From Candidatus Omnitrophota bacterium (GTDB taxonomy: Bacteria > Ratteibacteria > UBA8468 > MWAK01), in NCBI GenBank assembly GCA_043826355.1, contig JBDRQI010000003.1, positions 18,157-82,156 on the forward strand: a stretch of DNA of 64,000 nt, in the 5' to 3' direction. A program made the translations under genes and the position numbers. Below the pieces are notes generated by a model. The model ran no database searches, was not told the origin of the DNA, and saw only the letters and a list, made by a program, of their open reading frames with translations. This document shows positions 21,543-30,430 of this stretch, piece by piece. How positions within the stretch are numbered: position 1 is the stretch's first letter; each line of letters starts with the position of its first letter.

Positions 21543-23025
21543 GTTTTTGTTTTCGGGTTATCCTGGGGCCGGCCGGGGTGTCGTCGACGACGATGCCGCG
21601 TCCTTCAAGGTCTTTACGAATAACGTCAGATTTTGTAAAATCTTTCCTTTTGCGAGCCGTTTCCCTTTCCGAAATCAACCGCTCTTCTTCTGGGGTCAAT
21701 TCCATCTTTTCTTCCCGTAAAATAGACAGAATATTGTCAATTTCTCTGACGTAACCGGAAATTAAGTCGCTCTCCGCTTTGCTTATCGCATCTTTTTCCA
21801 CCTTCGGATTAAGCTCAGTAATCAGGTTGTGGAGCGAAGCCAGGCTTACCGTCATATTCAGGTCATCATCCAATCCTTCCTTAAACTCTTTCTTTGCCCG
21901 GGCAAGTCGTTCGGTTATTTCCGGGCTGGCTTTATCCTGGACAGGCGGGACGCCTGTCCAGTCTCTTGAATCAACGTTTATAACCCTTCGGTAAAAATTT
22001 TGAATTCTTTCCACGGCATTCCGAGCGGCTGCCAAACCCTCCAGGGTGAAGTTCAAAGGGCTGCGGTAGTGGACGGAAAAGAGCAGGTACCGGATGGCTG
22101 TCGGGTCGTAACCTTTGTCAAGCAGGTCCCGCAGCGTAAAAAAGTTCCCTTTGCTCTTGGCCATCTTCTCGTTATTTACCAGGAGGTGGGCGCAGTGCAG
22201 AAAATAGCGGGCAAACGGTTTACCGTTGGCCGCCTCGCTCTGCGCAATTTCGTTTTCGTGGTGGGGAAAGATATTATCAACTCCGCCGGTATGGATATCA
22301 AGCGTTTCGCCCAGATACTTCATGCTCATCGCCGAACATTCTATGTGCCAGCCGGGACGGCCCCCATTCGCGCGGGATCCATCTCGTTCCATGTCGCCGG
22401 CGGATATAGGAAAACCGGTTTCAATATCGTATGACGGCTCGCCGGGCTTGCTCTTCTTCCAGAGCGCAAAATCCCGGACGTCTTCTTTTTCGTATTCGTC
22501 GCTTTCAGCGCGCGCGCCTTTTTTTAGAGCCAAAAGGTTTATCCCGGATAGTTTGCCGTAACCGGGAAAACGCTCGATGGAAAAATAGACTGAGCCGTCC
22601 TTCTCGTACGTATAACCTTTTTCGTTTAACTTTTTGATAATGGCAACCATTTCCGGGATATGCTCGGTGGCCCGAGGATATTTCGTTGGGTTTTTCCGGT
22701 TGGTAAAAATTCGCAGTTTATTGCAGTCATCAAAAAAAGCTTCTTCATAGCGCCGGGTATATTCGGTTAAGGATACATTTTCCTCAATACTGCGTTTGAT
22801 AGTCTTGTCGTCTATGTCGGTGATGTTCATGATGTGATTGACGGCATACCCGCAATATTCCAGGTAGCGTTTCAGAATATCCTCAAAGATATAGGCGCGG
22901 AAGTTGCCGATATGGGCAAAGTCATAGACGGTCGGCCCGCAGGTATAGAGGCCGACCCGGCTGGGCTGAAGAGGCAGAAATTCCTCTTTTTTTCGTCTTA
23001 GCGTATTCCAGAATTGCAAGGCCAT
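21535..23025 (-). CDS. cysS: Cysteine--tRNA ligase
   Basis: CGPTVY, HIGN, GRPGWHIECSAMS, FPHHENE and KMAKS motifs. Confidence 0.98.
   Translation of the reverse strand: MALQFWNTLRRKKEEFLPLQPSRVGLYTCGPTVYDFAHIGNFRAYIFEDILKRYLEYCGYAVNHIMNITDIDDKTIKRSIEENVSLTEYTRRYEEAFFDDCNKLRIFTNRKNPTKYPRATEHIPEMVAIIKKLNEKGYTYEKDGSVYFSIERFPGYGKLSGINLLALKKGARAESDEYEKEDVRDFALWKKSKPGEPSYDIETGFPISAGDMERDGSRANGGRPGWHIECSAMSMKYLGETLDIHTGGVDNIFPHHENEIAQSEAANGKPFARYFLHCAHLLVNNEKMAKSKGNFFTLRDLLDKGYDPTAIRYLLFSVHYRSPLNFTLEGLAAARNAVERIQNFYRRVINVDSRDWTGVPPVQDKASPEITERLARAKKEFKEGLDDDLNMTVSLASLHNLITELNPKVEKDAISKAESDLISGYVREIDNILSILREEKMELTPEEERLISERETARKRKDFTKSDVIRKDLEGRGIVVDDTPAGPRITRKQKHA
21937..21961. repeat. Perfect palindrome (11-bp arms) inside cysS
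   Basis: ctggacaggcg-gga-cgcctgtccag; related to the REP at 50490-50542. Confidence 0.65.
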
Positions 23026-23030
23026 AAGCG

Positions 23031-24467
23031 TTATAAAGCGGTTTGCAGACGATGAAGCACTTTTTCCCTGCCCAATAAAGATAGCGTTTCAAAAAGGCCC
23101 GGTCCCACCGTTTGCCCGGTTACGGCCACCCGCAGCGGGTGAAAAACCGCACTTGTCTTCAGGTTTTGACCCGTACAGTAATCACGAATGATTTTCTCCA
23201 GATTGACCGTAGAAAAATCGGCCTCTTTTTTCAGCAGTTGGTTTACGTCGGTCAGTATTTTCCCCGCGCCTTCTTTTTGCAAAATTTTTACCTTTGCCTT
23301 AGCATCATATTCAACCTCTTCCTTCAGAAATATCTTGGCTGCTTCCGGTAAATCGGAAAATTTCTTAACGCGTTCACCCATTACGGTAATAACCCGGGCA
23401 AGATATTCCCTTTCTTCCGGAAGAACCGTCTCGGAAATCAGGCCGGCCTCCCGCAGAAAAGGCAGGCTTAAATCAACCAACCGGCTTAAATCCGCCTTAT
23501 GGAAGTAAAGTCCGTTCATCCAGGTCAATTTTGCCAGGTCAAAGATGGCCGCTCCCTCTTTGCAGCGTTCCAGGCTGAATTCTTGAATTAATTCGGCCGG
23601 CGTGAATATTTCCTTGTCTTCGGTGGTCCCCCAACCCAGAAGCGCCAGATAGTTAAAGACCGCTTCCGGCAGAAACCCCTGGATTCTCAGTTCGCGCAGT
23701 GAGGTGGCGCCGTGCCTTTTGGAAAGACGGCTGCCATCCGGACCAAGGGTCATGGCCATGTGGGCAAAAAAAGGCGGTGTTTTACCGAATGCTTCAAAAA
23801 GAAGTATGTGCCGGGGTGTGTTGGAAATATGGTCTTCACCGCGGAATACGTGCGTTATTTCCATGGTAATATCGTCCAGGACAACTGCAAAATGAAAGGC
23901 CGGTTTTCCGTCCGATTTCATGATTATCAGGTCACCCATCAAAGCGGTATCAAAAGTAATCTCTCCGCGGATTAAATCATTAAAGGTGACTTTTCTTTCC
24001 GGCAACCGGAATCGGACGACCGGTTTCCGGCCTTCTTTTTCAAAAGCGGCTTTCTGTTCCCCGGTAAGCGAGCGGCAGCGGTTATCATAGCGTGGGCTTT
24101 CCTTCCGCTGCATCTGCGCCTGGCGCATTGCCTCCAGTTCCTCCGGCGCGCAGTAACAGAAATAGGCCTTTTCCTCTTTCAGCAAACGCTGTGCTGCCTC
24201 TTGATATATTTCCAGGCGTTCCGACTGTCGGTAGGGATTGAAAAGACCGCCTATATCCGGGCCTTCGTCCCAATCCAGGCCCAGCCAGGTCAGGTCCTCT
24301 AAAATTATTTTTTCATATTCCGGCTTGCTTCGTTCCGGGTCAGTATCCTCAATGCGTAAAATGAAAGAACCCTTATTCTTGCGCGCCAGAAGGTAATTAA
24401 AAAGTGCAGTTCTGGCGTTTCCGATATGCAGGTATCCGGTTGGACTCGGCGCAAACCTTACTCTCAT
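23031..24467 (-). CDS. gltX: Glutamate--tRNA ligase
   Basis: RFAPSPTG, HIGN, RIEDTD, RGEDH and LSKR motifs. Confidence 0.98.
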   Translation of the reverse strand: MRVRFAPSPTGYLHIGNARTALFNYLLARKNKGSFILRIEDTDPERSKPEYEKIILEDLTWLGLDWDEGPDIGGLFNPYRQSERLEIYQEAAQRLLKEEKAYFCYCAPEELEAMRQAQMQRKESPRYDNRCRSLTGEQKAAFEKEGRKPVVRFRLPERKVTFNDLIRGEITFDTALMGDLIIMKSDGKPAFHFAVVLDDITMEITHVFRGEDHISNTPRHILLFEAFGKTPPFFAHMAMTLGPDGSRLSKRHGATSLRELRIQGFLPEAVFNYLALLGWGTTEDKEIFTPAELIQEFSLERCKEGAAIFDLAKLTWMNGLYFHKADLSRLVDLSLPFLREAGLISETVLPEEREYLARVITVMGERVKKFSDLPEAAKIFLKEEVEYDAKAKVKILQKEGAGKILTDVNQLLKKEADFSTVNLEKIIRDYCTGQNLKTSAVFHPLRVAVTGQTVGPGLFETLSLLGREKVLHRLQTAL

Positions 24468-24493
24468 TATTTCCCCCAGGTATTGAAAATTTA

Positions 24494-24616
24494 ACCGCAG
24501 AGCACGCAGAGCACGCCGAGAATTACTAAAGATAAAGGTTAAATATTATTACTGTTTTTTCTTCAAGTTTTCTTTCTTGCTTCGTACTTCTCTGCGGACT
24601 CAGCGGTCTCTGCGGT
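24494..24616. repeat. Inverted 9-mer tandem repeats around an AT-rich spacer
   Basis: accgcagagcacgcagagcacgccgag ... ctctgcggactcagcggtctctgcggt. Confidence 0.75.
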
Positions 24617-24626
24617 GCATCTTTTA

Positions 24627-25103
24627 TTATTTTACAGAACCCAAAGTAACGATTGCGAATGAAGAAATTGCCTGTCCTTTTCCGACTTCAGCCAGACCTT
24701 CGTTGGTTTTAAATTTGACACCGACCATTTCCGTACCTATCTTCAAAGCACCGGCTATTCCGGCTTGTATCTCGCCCCGAAAAGGGGAGAGGGAGGGTTG
24801 CTGGCAGACCAACACGGTATCTACCTGTTTAACCTTCATCCTTTTCCGAACGGCTATCCTTCTGGTTCTTTCCAACAACTCCAGACCGGAAATTCCTTTC
24901 CACCTGGGGTCGGTATCCGGAAAATGAACTCCGATATCCCCGAAAGCCATTGCGCCCAGTATCGCGTCGGCGATGGCGTGGCAAAGCACGTCTCCGTCGC
25001 TATAACCTAACGGCCCTTTGGCAAACGGAATCTTTACCCCGGCGATAACCAGCGGTCTTCCTTTAACCAGGCGGTGGATATCCGAACCGATTCCTATTCT
25101 CAT
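24627..25103 (-). CDS. ispF: 2-C-methyl-D-erythritol 2,4-cyclodiphosphate synthase
   Basis: RIGIGSDIH, SDGDVLCHA, GDIGVHFPD and KFKTNE motifs. Confidence 0.96.
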   Translation of the reverse strand: MRIGIGSDIHRLVKGRPLVIAGVKIPFAKGPLGYSDGDVLCHAIADAILGAMAFGDIGVHFPDTDPRWKGISGLELLERTRRIAVRKRMKVKQVDTVLVCQQPSLSPFRGEIQAGIAGALKIGTEMVGVKFKTNEGLAEVGKGQAISSFAIVTLGSVK

Positions 25104-25113
25104 AAAAGATATG

Positions 25114-25665
25114 TTACGGTTTAAAAAGTTTGGAATCTTTTTTTATCGTCTTAAAATAATTAAGTAATTCTTCGGCTATTTCGGGTGAATCAATCAGTAA
25201 ATTCGCTTCCCAATTTTTGCTAAGAGAGTAGTACGCCCAATTGGTGCTGCCCAGAAGGACCAGCCGCCGGTCAACCACTAAAAATTTGGCGTGCAGGGTT
25301 TTTTGGGGGTTGTCAAGGTATACCCTAACTTTACCTTTAGCTAATTTCGGGGCGACCTCTAGATTGTAAGCACTGTTATCTTCGTTATAATTTTTTGACT
25401 GCTCCAGGCACACTTCAACATTTATGCCTCTCTTGGCGGCCAGAATCAACCCGTCAATTAAAAGATTGGAAGGACTTTGAGGGTATTTCGGGTAATAACG
25501 AATTTCAAAAACGGCGAAATTAATCGATTCTTTAGCCCCCTCAATTGCCTTCAAAGCCGCCGGGTAATACTGCCTGTCAAGGATTACCTTAACCGACTCG
25601 GCTTGAATCCTAACCGGATTGAAGGCAAATGCGAGAAAAAAGAACAGCCAGAAAAATCTTTTCAT
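25114..25665 (-). CDS. Secreted single-HKD phospholipase D-like (Nuc-type) protein
   Basis: Signal-peptide-like N-terminus; HAKFLVVD...GSTNW...N.E motif. Confidence 0.85.
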   Translation of the reverse strand: MKRFFWLFFFLAFAFNPVRIQAESVKVILDRQYYPAALKAIEGAKESINFAVFEIRYYPKYPQSPSNLLIDGLILAAKRGINVEVCLEQSKNYNEDNSAYNLEVAPKLAKGKVRVYLDNPQKTLHAKFLVVDRRLVLLGSTNWAYYSLSKNWEANLLIDSPEIAEELLNYFKTIKKDSKLFKP

Positions 25666-26489
25666 TGATATTGACGAATCATTTTAGTCAGGTCAACCTT
25701 TCCTTCGTAAAGCGCTTTACCGATAATGATTCCTTTAAGGTTGGGCACATTTAGCTGAACCAGCCGGGCAATATCTTCTTCGCCGCCGATGCCGCCGGCG
25801 GCAATCAGCGAAATTTTCGGTACGGCCAGCGCCAGTTGTTGCATTCCCGCCACATCCGGGCCCAGCAAGGTGCCGTCCTGTTCAACCGAGGTAACGACCA
25901 TCTGACGAAAACCGAACTCCTGGAAATTTTCAGCCATCTTTTCCGGCCGGGGCGGCAGGGTTAACTCCCAGCCGCTTATCGCCACCGCGCCCTTTTTGCA
26001 ATCCAGACCGATGATTACTTTTTCAATAAGTTTGGCACGTACTATGTCCTGGATAAGGCTGGAGTAGGGCAGGTCAACTTCAACGATAAAATCACCCAGT
26101 GATTTGGGGTAATTAATCTTAAGACGTTCTTCGTTAATCTTGATTGCGTCCAGCATCGCGGCTGTTCCCAGAATGACGTAATCAACCCCCCACCCCAGCA
26201 AGCGTTGTATCTCATCTATTGTCCGGATACCGCCCCCCACTTCTACCTGAAGATTAAACCGTTTTTTCTCCTTCAGAAGTTCCAATAGAATCGGGTCTTC
26301 TTCCAACGGGCGCAGCCCTTCCCGGGCCGCGCCCAAAAAAACAAGGTGAATACGCTGCGCCCCGGATTCGGCATATTTCCGGAACGTTTCCCCGGGGGAA
26401 AGACCGTAGTCGGTTACCTGCTGATAATTACCTTGAGTCAGACGCACTAGCCGTTTTTCCAAAATGTCAATTGCCGGAATAATCAGCAT
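25662..26489 (-). CDS. hisA: HisA-like TIM-barrel isomerase
   Basis: IIPAIDI, VRLTQG, VGGGIR, DGTLLGPD, GGIG and IIGKALY motifs; atypical HLVFLG segment and an insertion. Confidence 0.8.
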   Translation of the reverse strand: MLIIPAIDILEKRLVRLTQGNYQQVTDYGLSPGETFRKYAESGAQRIHLVFLGAAREGLRPLEEDPILLELLKEKKRFNLQVEVGGGIRTIDEIQRLLGWGVDYVILGTAAMLDAIKINEERLKINYPKSLGDFIVEVDLPYSSLIQDIVRAKLIEKVIIGLDCKKGAVAISGWELTLPPRPEKMAENFQEFGFRQMVVTSVEQDGTLLGPDVAGMQQLALAVPKISLIAAGGIGGEEDIARLVQLNVPNLKGIIIGKALYEGKVDLTKMIRQYQ

Positions 26490-27457
26490 AGATTCAGACC
26501 CTCCACGATTAATTCTATCTCCGGATATAAAACCGGCTTAGCCAGATTAACCGAAGGAAAACGGACACTGTCTTTTCCGGTAATAACTAAAAAATCCGCC
26601 TCTTTCAAAGGAATTTTTTGTATCTCCTGCGCCGAATAAAAATGATGGTCGGCGAAAAGAGAAGCCCCGACTACCAAAATTCCTGTTTTTTTCATTTTTT
26701 TGATAAAACTCTGCGGGTCGCCGATTGCGGCGCAGAGCCATACCTTTTTGCCGGCCATGCCTTCAAGCGATACTGATTCTCCGGATAAAGAACGAAATCT
26801 CCGGTAATGATAATGACTTTTAACCACTGACGCCTTCGGATTAAACCTAATCAGTTCCTTCCGAAAACTATCCGACTCTTTTTCGCTAACCAGGTCTGTT
26901 TGATTAAGCCAGACAAGATCGGCCCGGCGAATATTGGCTAACGGCTCCCGCAAAGGCCCGGCCGGCAAGAGACGGCCGTTTCCCAAACGGCTAGCGCAAT
27001 TAAAGACCAGGATATTATAATCGCGGTGCAGGCGCAGGGCGTGGAAAGCGTCGTCCAAAATAATTACTTCGGCGCCAAACTTTTCACAGGCAACCTGCGC
27101 CTGAACCTCGCGGCGCCGACCCGACAGAACCGGGATACCGGGCAGGTTTTGCGCCAGAAGATAGGCCTCGTCTCCGGCCTGCCGTATGTCTGTTAAGATA
27201 CTCCTTCCGTCGGAAACGACCAGACCTTCACGACTGCCGCTGACACCATGACTGATAACCGCCACCCGCTTTCCTTGTCCGCGAAAATAATTAGCCAGGT
27301 ACTGGGTGACGGTAGTCTTTCCGGTTCCACCCGTGGTAATATTACCTACGCTGACCACCAGAGCCGGAACCCGGACTTTTTCCAAAAATCCTTTCTGATA
27401 AAGAAGCCGCCGGGTCTCCGAAAATAAATAGTACAGCGGTGTTAAAAAAGTTAGCAT
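26483..27457 (-). CDS. lpxK: Tetraacyldisaccharide 4'-kinase
   Basis: SVGNITTGGTGKT, GDEA, LDDAFH, LPAGPLREP and FADHH motifs. Confidence 0.95.
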   Translation of the reverse strand: MLTFLTPLYYLFSETRRLLYQKGFLEKVRVPALVVSVGNITTGGTGKTTVTQYLANYFRGQGKRVAVISHGVSGSREGLVVSDGRSILTDIRQAGDEAYLLAQNLPGIPVLSGRRREVQAQVACEKFGAEVIILDDAFHALRLHRDYNILVFNCASRLGNGRLLPAGPLREPLANIRRADLVWLNQTDLVSEKESDSFRKELIRFNPKASVVKSHYHYRRFRSLSGESVSLEGMAGKKVWLCAAIGDPQSFIKKMKKTGILVVGASLFADHHFYSAQEIQKIPLKEADFLVITGKDSVRFPSVNLAKPVLYPEIELIVEGLNLC

Positions 27458-27469
27458 CAATATTCATTG

Positions 27470-27610
27470 GGACGCAGATTACCGCAGATAATCGCGGATA
27501 CGGATTTAAAGACTATTTTTAGAGAATTACTAAGAAACACTTTAAAAAAATATCATTTAGCATTATCCGGTCATCTGCGTACTGTTTTAATTTCTTAGTA
27601 ATCTGCATCC
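27470..27610. repeat. Inverted 10-mer tandem repeats around an AT-rich spacer
   Basis: ggacgcagattaccgcagataatcgcggat ... atctgcgtac ... aatctgcatcc. Confidence 0.6.
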
Positions 27611-28834
27611 TCAAAAAAGCGTTGGCTGCTTTATGACGGATTCCGGCATTATTTCAACTTTGCCGAATTCGCCGTCGTAACCGGGTTCCACTTTAACCCG
27701 GCCCCGGCGCACCGAAATGATGGCGGCTGCTATCTCCGGTTCCACCTTGTTTTCAATCTCCGATTCCGATAATGAAAGCAGAATTTCAAACTCCGGCGCC
27801 AGGCTGCTGACCAGTTTCCGGTATTTCTCTTTAACCACCGGGCTGTCCACCGGTCTCTTCAGGACAAAAGCGATAATCTGGTCAAGGGGCACCATTCGTC
27901 GAAAAGGAACACTGCTCTCCGGAACGGTGCCTTCCGGCCGGTCCGCTAATTCTACGACCCGGTGCAGTACGCCGACGGTGACCTTCCGGCCGCAAACCGG
28001 ACAAAGATTTTTGCCCGCAATGGCTTTTTCCGGCGGAAGGGAAGATTTGCAAAAGCGATGTCCGTCATAGTGATATTTCCCCTCTTCCGGAAAATACTCC
28101 ACGGTATACAGGAATCTTTCCTTATCTTTTGTTTTCAGAACGTCAACAATTTCGCGGTAATCAAGAGCTTTGCTGAAAACGTTAACTTCCCGGCCAATTT
28201 TGGCCGGTGAATGAGCGTCGGAATTTGATATCAGAGAGTAGGCATCCAAACACGAAAGCCGCCAATTCATCGCCGGGTCGCTGGAAAGACCGGTCTCCAG
28301 GGCAAATACTTCCGATAATCTTTTGGGAAAACAATCTTCGATCCGGTCAAAACCACTGTTGGAGCCAAACAGAGAGAAATGAGGAGTCCAGATATGGGCC
28401 GGGACCACAAAACCGACCTCGGCGGCATCTTTTACCCGGCCAATCAGGTCATCCGCGGAAAGCTGCAGCATCGGACGTCCATCGGAACCAAGGCTGCCGT
28501 AGGCGGCAAGTTTCAACGAAAGCCGCTCAGCTGCTTCCAGGTCAGGCAAAAAGATAACATTGTGTATTCTTTTGATGGAATTACGGCTGGGGAAAATATT
28601 GCATACCTCAGCGGTCAGGATAAACCGGAGCCCCCGGTAAGCATAAATCCCGTCTGCGGCCGGTTGCAGCTTTTTTCTCAGTTCCTGAAACCAGACCGGA
28701 TGGGTAAAATCCCCGGTTCCTACCAGGGATATTCCTTTTTCCTGGGCCGCCTGGGCCAGATGCTCCAGGTCCATATTCAGGCTGGTAGCACGGGAATATT
28801 TAGAATGAATATGAAAATCAGCGATGAAAGACAT
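27611..28834 (-). CDS. Endonuclease Q family protein (PHP domain)
   Basis: DFHIHSKYSRATS, GTGDFTHP, ETGLSSD, SNSDAHS, GKYHYDGHR, CPVCG and PGYDGEFG motifs. Confidence 0.9.
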   Translation of the reverse strand: MSFIADFHIHSKYSRATSLNMDLEHLAQAAQEKGISLVGTGDFTHPVWFQELRKKLQPAADGIYAYRGLRFILTAEVCNIFPSRNSIKRIHNVIFLPDLEAAERLSLKLAAYGSLGSDGRPMLQLSADDLIGRVKDAAEVGFVVPAHIWTPHFSLFGSNSGFDRIEDCFPKRLSEVFALETGLSSDPAMNWRLSCLDAYSLISNSDAHSPAKIGREVNVFSKALDYREIVDVLKTKDKERFLYTVEYFPEEGKYHYDGHRFCKSSLPPEKAIAGKNLCPVCGRKVTVGVLHRVVELADRPEGTVPESSVPFRRMVPLDQIIAFVLKRPVDSPVVKEKYRKLVSSLAPEFEILLSLSESEIENKVEPEIAAAIISVRRGRVKVEPGYDGEFGKVEIMPESVIKQPTLF

Positions 28835-29312
28835 GGCTTAATTCGTCGTAAAGCGCATCCAGAGAATCCGGCAGGGATTTGATGCCGCTGACCGCCGGCA
28901 TAAAATTGGTATCTCCAGCCCAGCGGGGAATGACGTGTACGTGAAGATGACCGGCGATTCCGGCGCCGGCTGCCTTACCCATATTAAGACCGACATTTAA
29001 ACCTTCCGGTTTCAGCGTTTTCTTCAATCCCTCATTTGCCATTTTAATCAGAGAGAATAGTTCCTTCGCTTCTTCCGATTTCAGTACCGACAGGTCTTTC
29101 AAGTGCCGGTTGGGAAGAACCATCAGGTGTCCGTTATTATAGGGAAAACGGTTTAAAATTATGAACGCGCCCGCACCACGGAAAACAATCAGGTTCTTCC
29201 GGTCATCATTTTCCCGTATCACCCGGCAGAATAGACATGCCTTATCTTTGTTGGGCTGAATTACGTAACCCTTGCGCCAGGGAGCCCAAAGTACATTATT
29301 TTCTTTAGCCAT
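28818..29312 (-). CDS. HIT family hydrolase
   Basis: LWAPWR, CLFC, PYNNGHLM, HLHVHVIPRW and GDTNFM motifs. Confidence 0.93.
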   Translation of the reverse strand: MAKENNVLWAPWRKGYVIQPNKDKACLFCRVIRENDDRKNLIVFRGAGAFIILNRFPYNNGHLMVLPNRHLKDLSVLKSEEAKELFSLIKMANEGLKKTLKPEGLNVGLNMGKAAGAGIAGHLHVHVIPRWAGDTNFMPAVSGIKSLPDSLDALYDELSHVFHR

Positions 29313-29363
29313 TATTGAAAGATATAATACAACAAATCCGGACAAAACGCAAAACGAATTTTC

Positions 29364-29392
29364 TTGACTTTTTTGACGGAAAAAGGTATATT
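29364..29392 (+). promoter_or_regulatory. Promoter of tRNA-Gly
   Basis: TTGACT-17 bp-TATATT ending 23 bp upstream of the tRNA. Confidence 0.6.
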
Positions 29393-29415
29393 TTAGCGAT
29401 TACGCAGGGATTGAC

Positions 29416-29486
29416 GCGGGGTTAGTTTAGTGGTAAAACTACAGCCTTCCAAGCTGTTAATGAGGGTTCGATTCCCTCACCCCGCT
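29416..29486 (+). tRNA. tRNA-Gly(TCC), CCA not encoded
   Basis: GCGGGGT/ACCCCGC acceptor stem, anticodon arm acagc-cTTCCaa-gctgt, T-arm gagggTTCGATTccctc. Confidence 0.96.
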
Positions 29487-30430
29487 CTGAAAGAAAGGCG
29501 CAGAGCTAGTTTAATTGCCGCTTCCATGCTGCGGCTATCCGCGCGATTTTTGTAGGCCAGACCGAATGCCGTACCGTGGTCCGGACTGGTACGGATAAAA
29601 GGCAGGCCAACGGTAATATTAACTCCCCGGTCAAAATAGAGCGCCTTAAACAAAGGCAGAATCTGGTCGTGGTAGGCGGATACCATCAGTTGAAACCCTC
29701 CCTGGCAATAAATACGGTAAGCGGAATCGGCCGGAACCGGTCCGGAAATATTCAGACCTTCTTTTAACAATAACTCCGTAGCCGGTTTAAAAATGGTCTT
29801 CTCTTCTTTTCCGAGGCAGCCTCCTTCGCCGGCGTGAGGATTCAAACCGCAAATCAGAATTTTTGGATTTTTGATTCCCAGGCTGGACTTTAAAAAACGG
29901 TTGGCAAGCTTCACCTTACGGAAAATCAGATCCGCGGTTATCTTCCGGGAAACATCGGAGAGAGAAAGATGGGCGGTCAGAAGAATGAAGCGAAATTTTC
30001 CGGCTGAAAAGAGCATTCCATAATCGGCAATGCCGAATTTTTCCGCCAGAACCTCGGTATGGCCGCAGAATTTGAAACCGGCCAGATTAATCGCTTCTTT
30101 GGAAACCGGAGCGGTAACCAATGCTTGAATTTTGCCGCTTTTCAAAAAAGAGATTGCATCCGAAAAATATCCGTAAGCGGCCTTTCCGGTTAAGGAGTTG
30201 ACCTCTCCGACGGTAAATGTCCGGGTGTTGATTATTCCGGAGCTGATAACTGCAACGCCTTTTGGCACCGCCAACCGGGTACGCTTCAAAACCGGTCCGT
30301 CTCCGAAAAGCAAAAATTTTGTCTCCGGACCGGCTTTAATACCGGCCAGCGCTTTTAACGTAACCTCCGGACCGATGCCGGCTGGGTCACCAATAGTAAT
30401 ACCTAAAGAGATTTCAGTCCGCTTCCTCAA
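29477..30430 (-). CDS. pdxA: 4-hydroxythreonine-4-phosphate dehydrogenase
   Basis: GDPAGIGPE, GHTE, GLNPHAGE, YHDQ and RTSPDHGTA motifs. Confidence 0.96.
   Translation of the reverse strand: MRKRTEISLGITIGDPAGIGPEVTLKALAGIKAGPETKFLLFGDGPVLKRTRLAVPKGVAVISSGIINTRTFTVGEVNSLTGKAAYGYFSDAISFLKSGKIQALVTAPVSKEAINLAGFKFCGHTEVLAEKFGIADYGMLFSAGKFRFILLTAHLSLSDVSRKITADLIFRKVKLANRFLKSSLGIKNPKILICGLNPHAGEGGCLGKEEKTIFKPATELLLKEGLNISGPVPADSAYRIYCQGGFQLMVSAYHDQILPLFKALYFDRGVNITVGLPFIRTSPDHGTAFGLAYKNRADSRSMEAAIKLALRLSFRAG

Noticed and set aside
24468..24626. T-box riboswitch upstream of gltX-cysS
   Set aside because: No T-box consensus seen; the spacer is explained by the inverted tandem-repeat element
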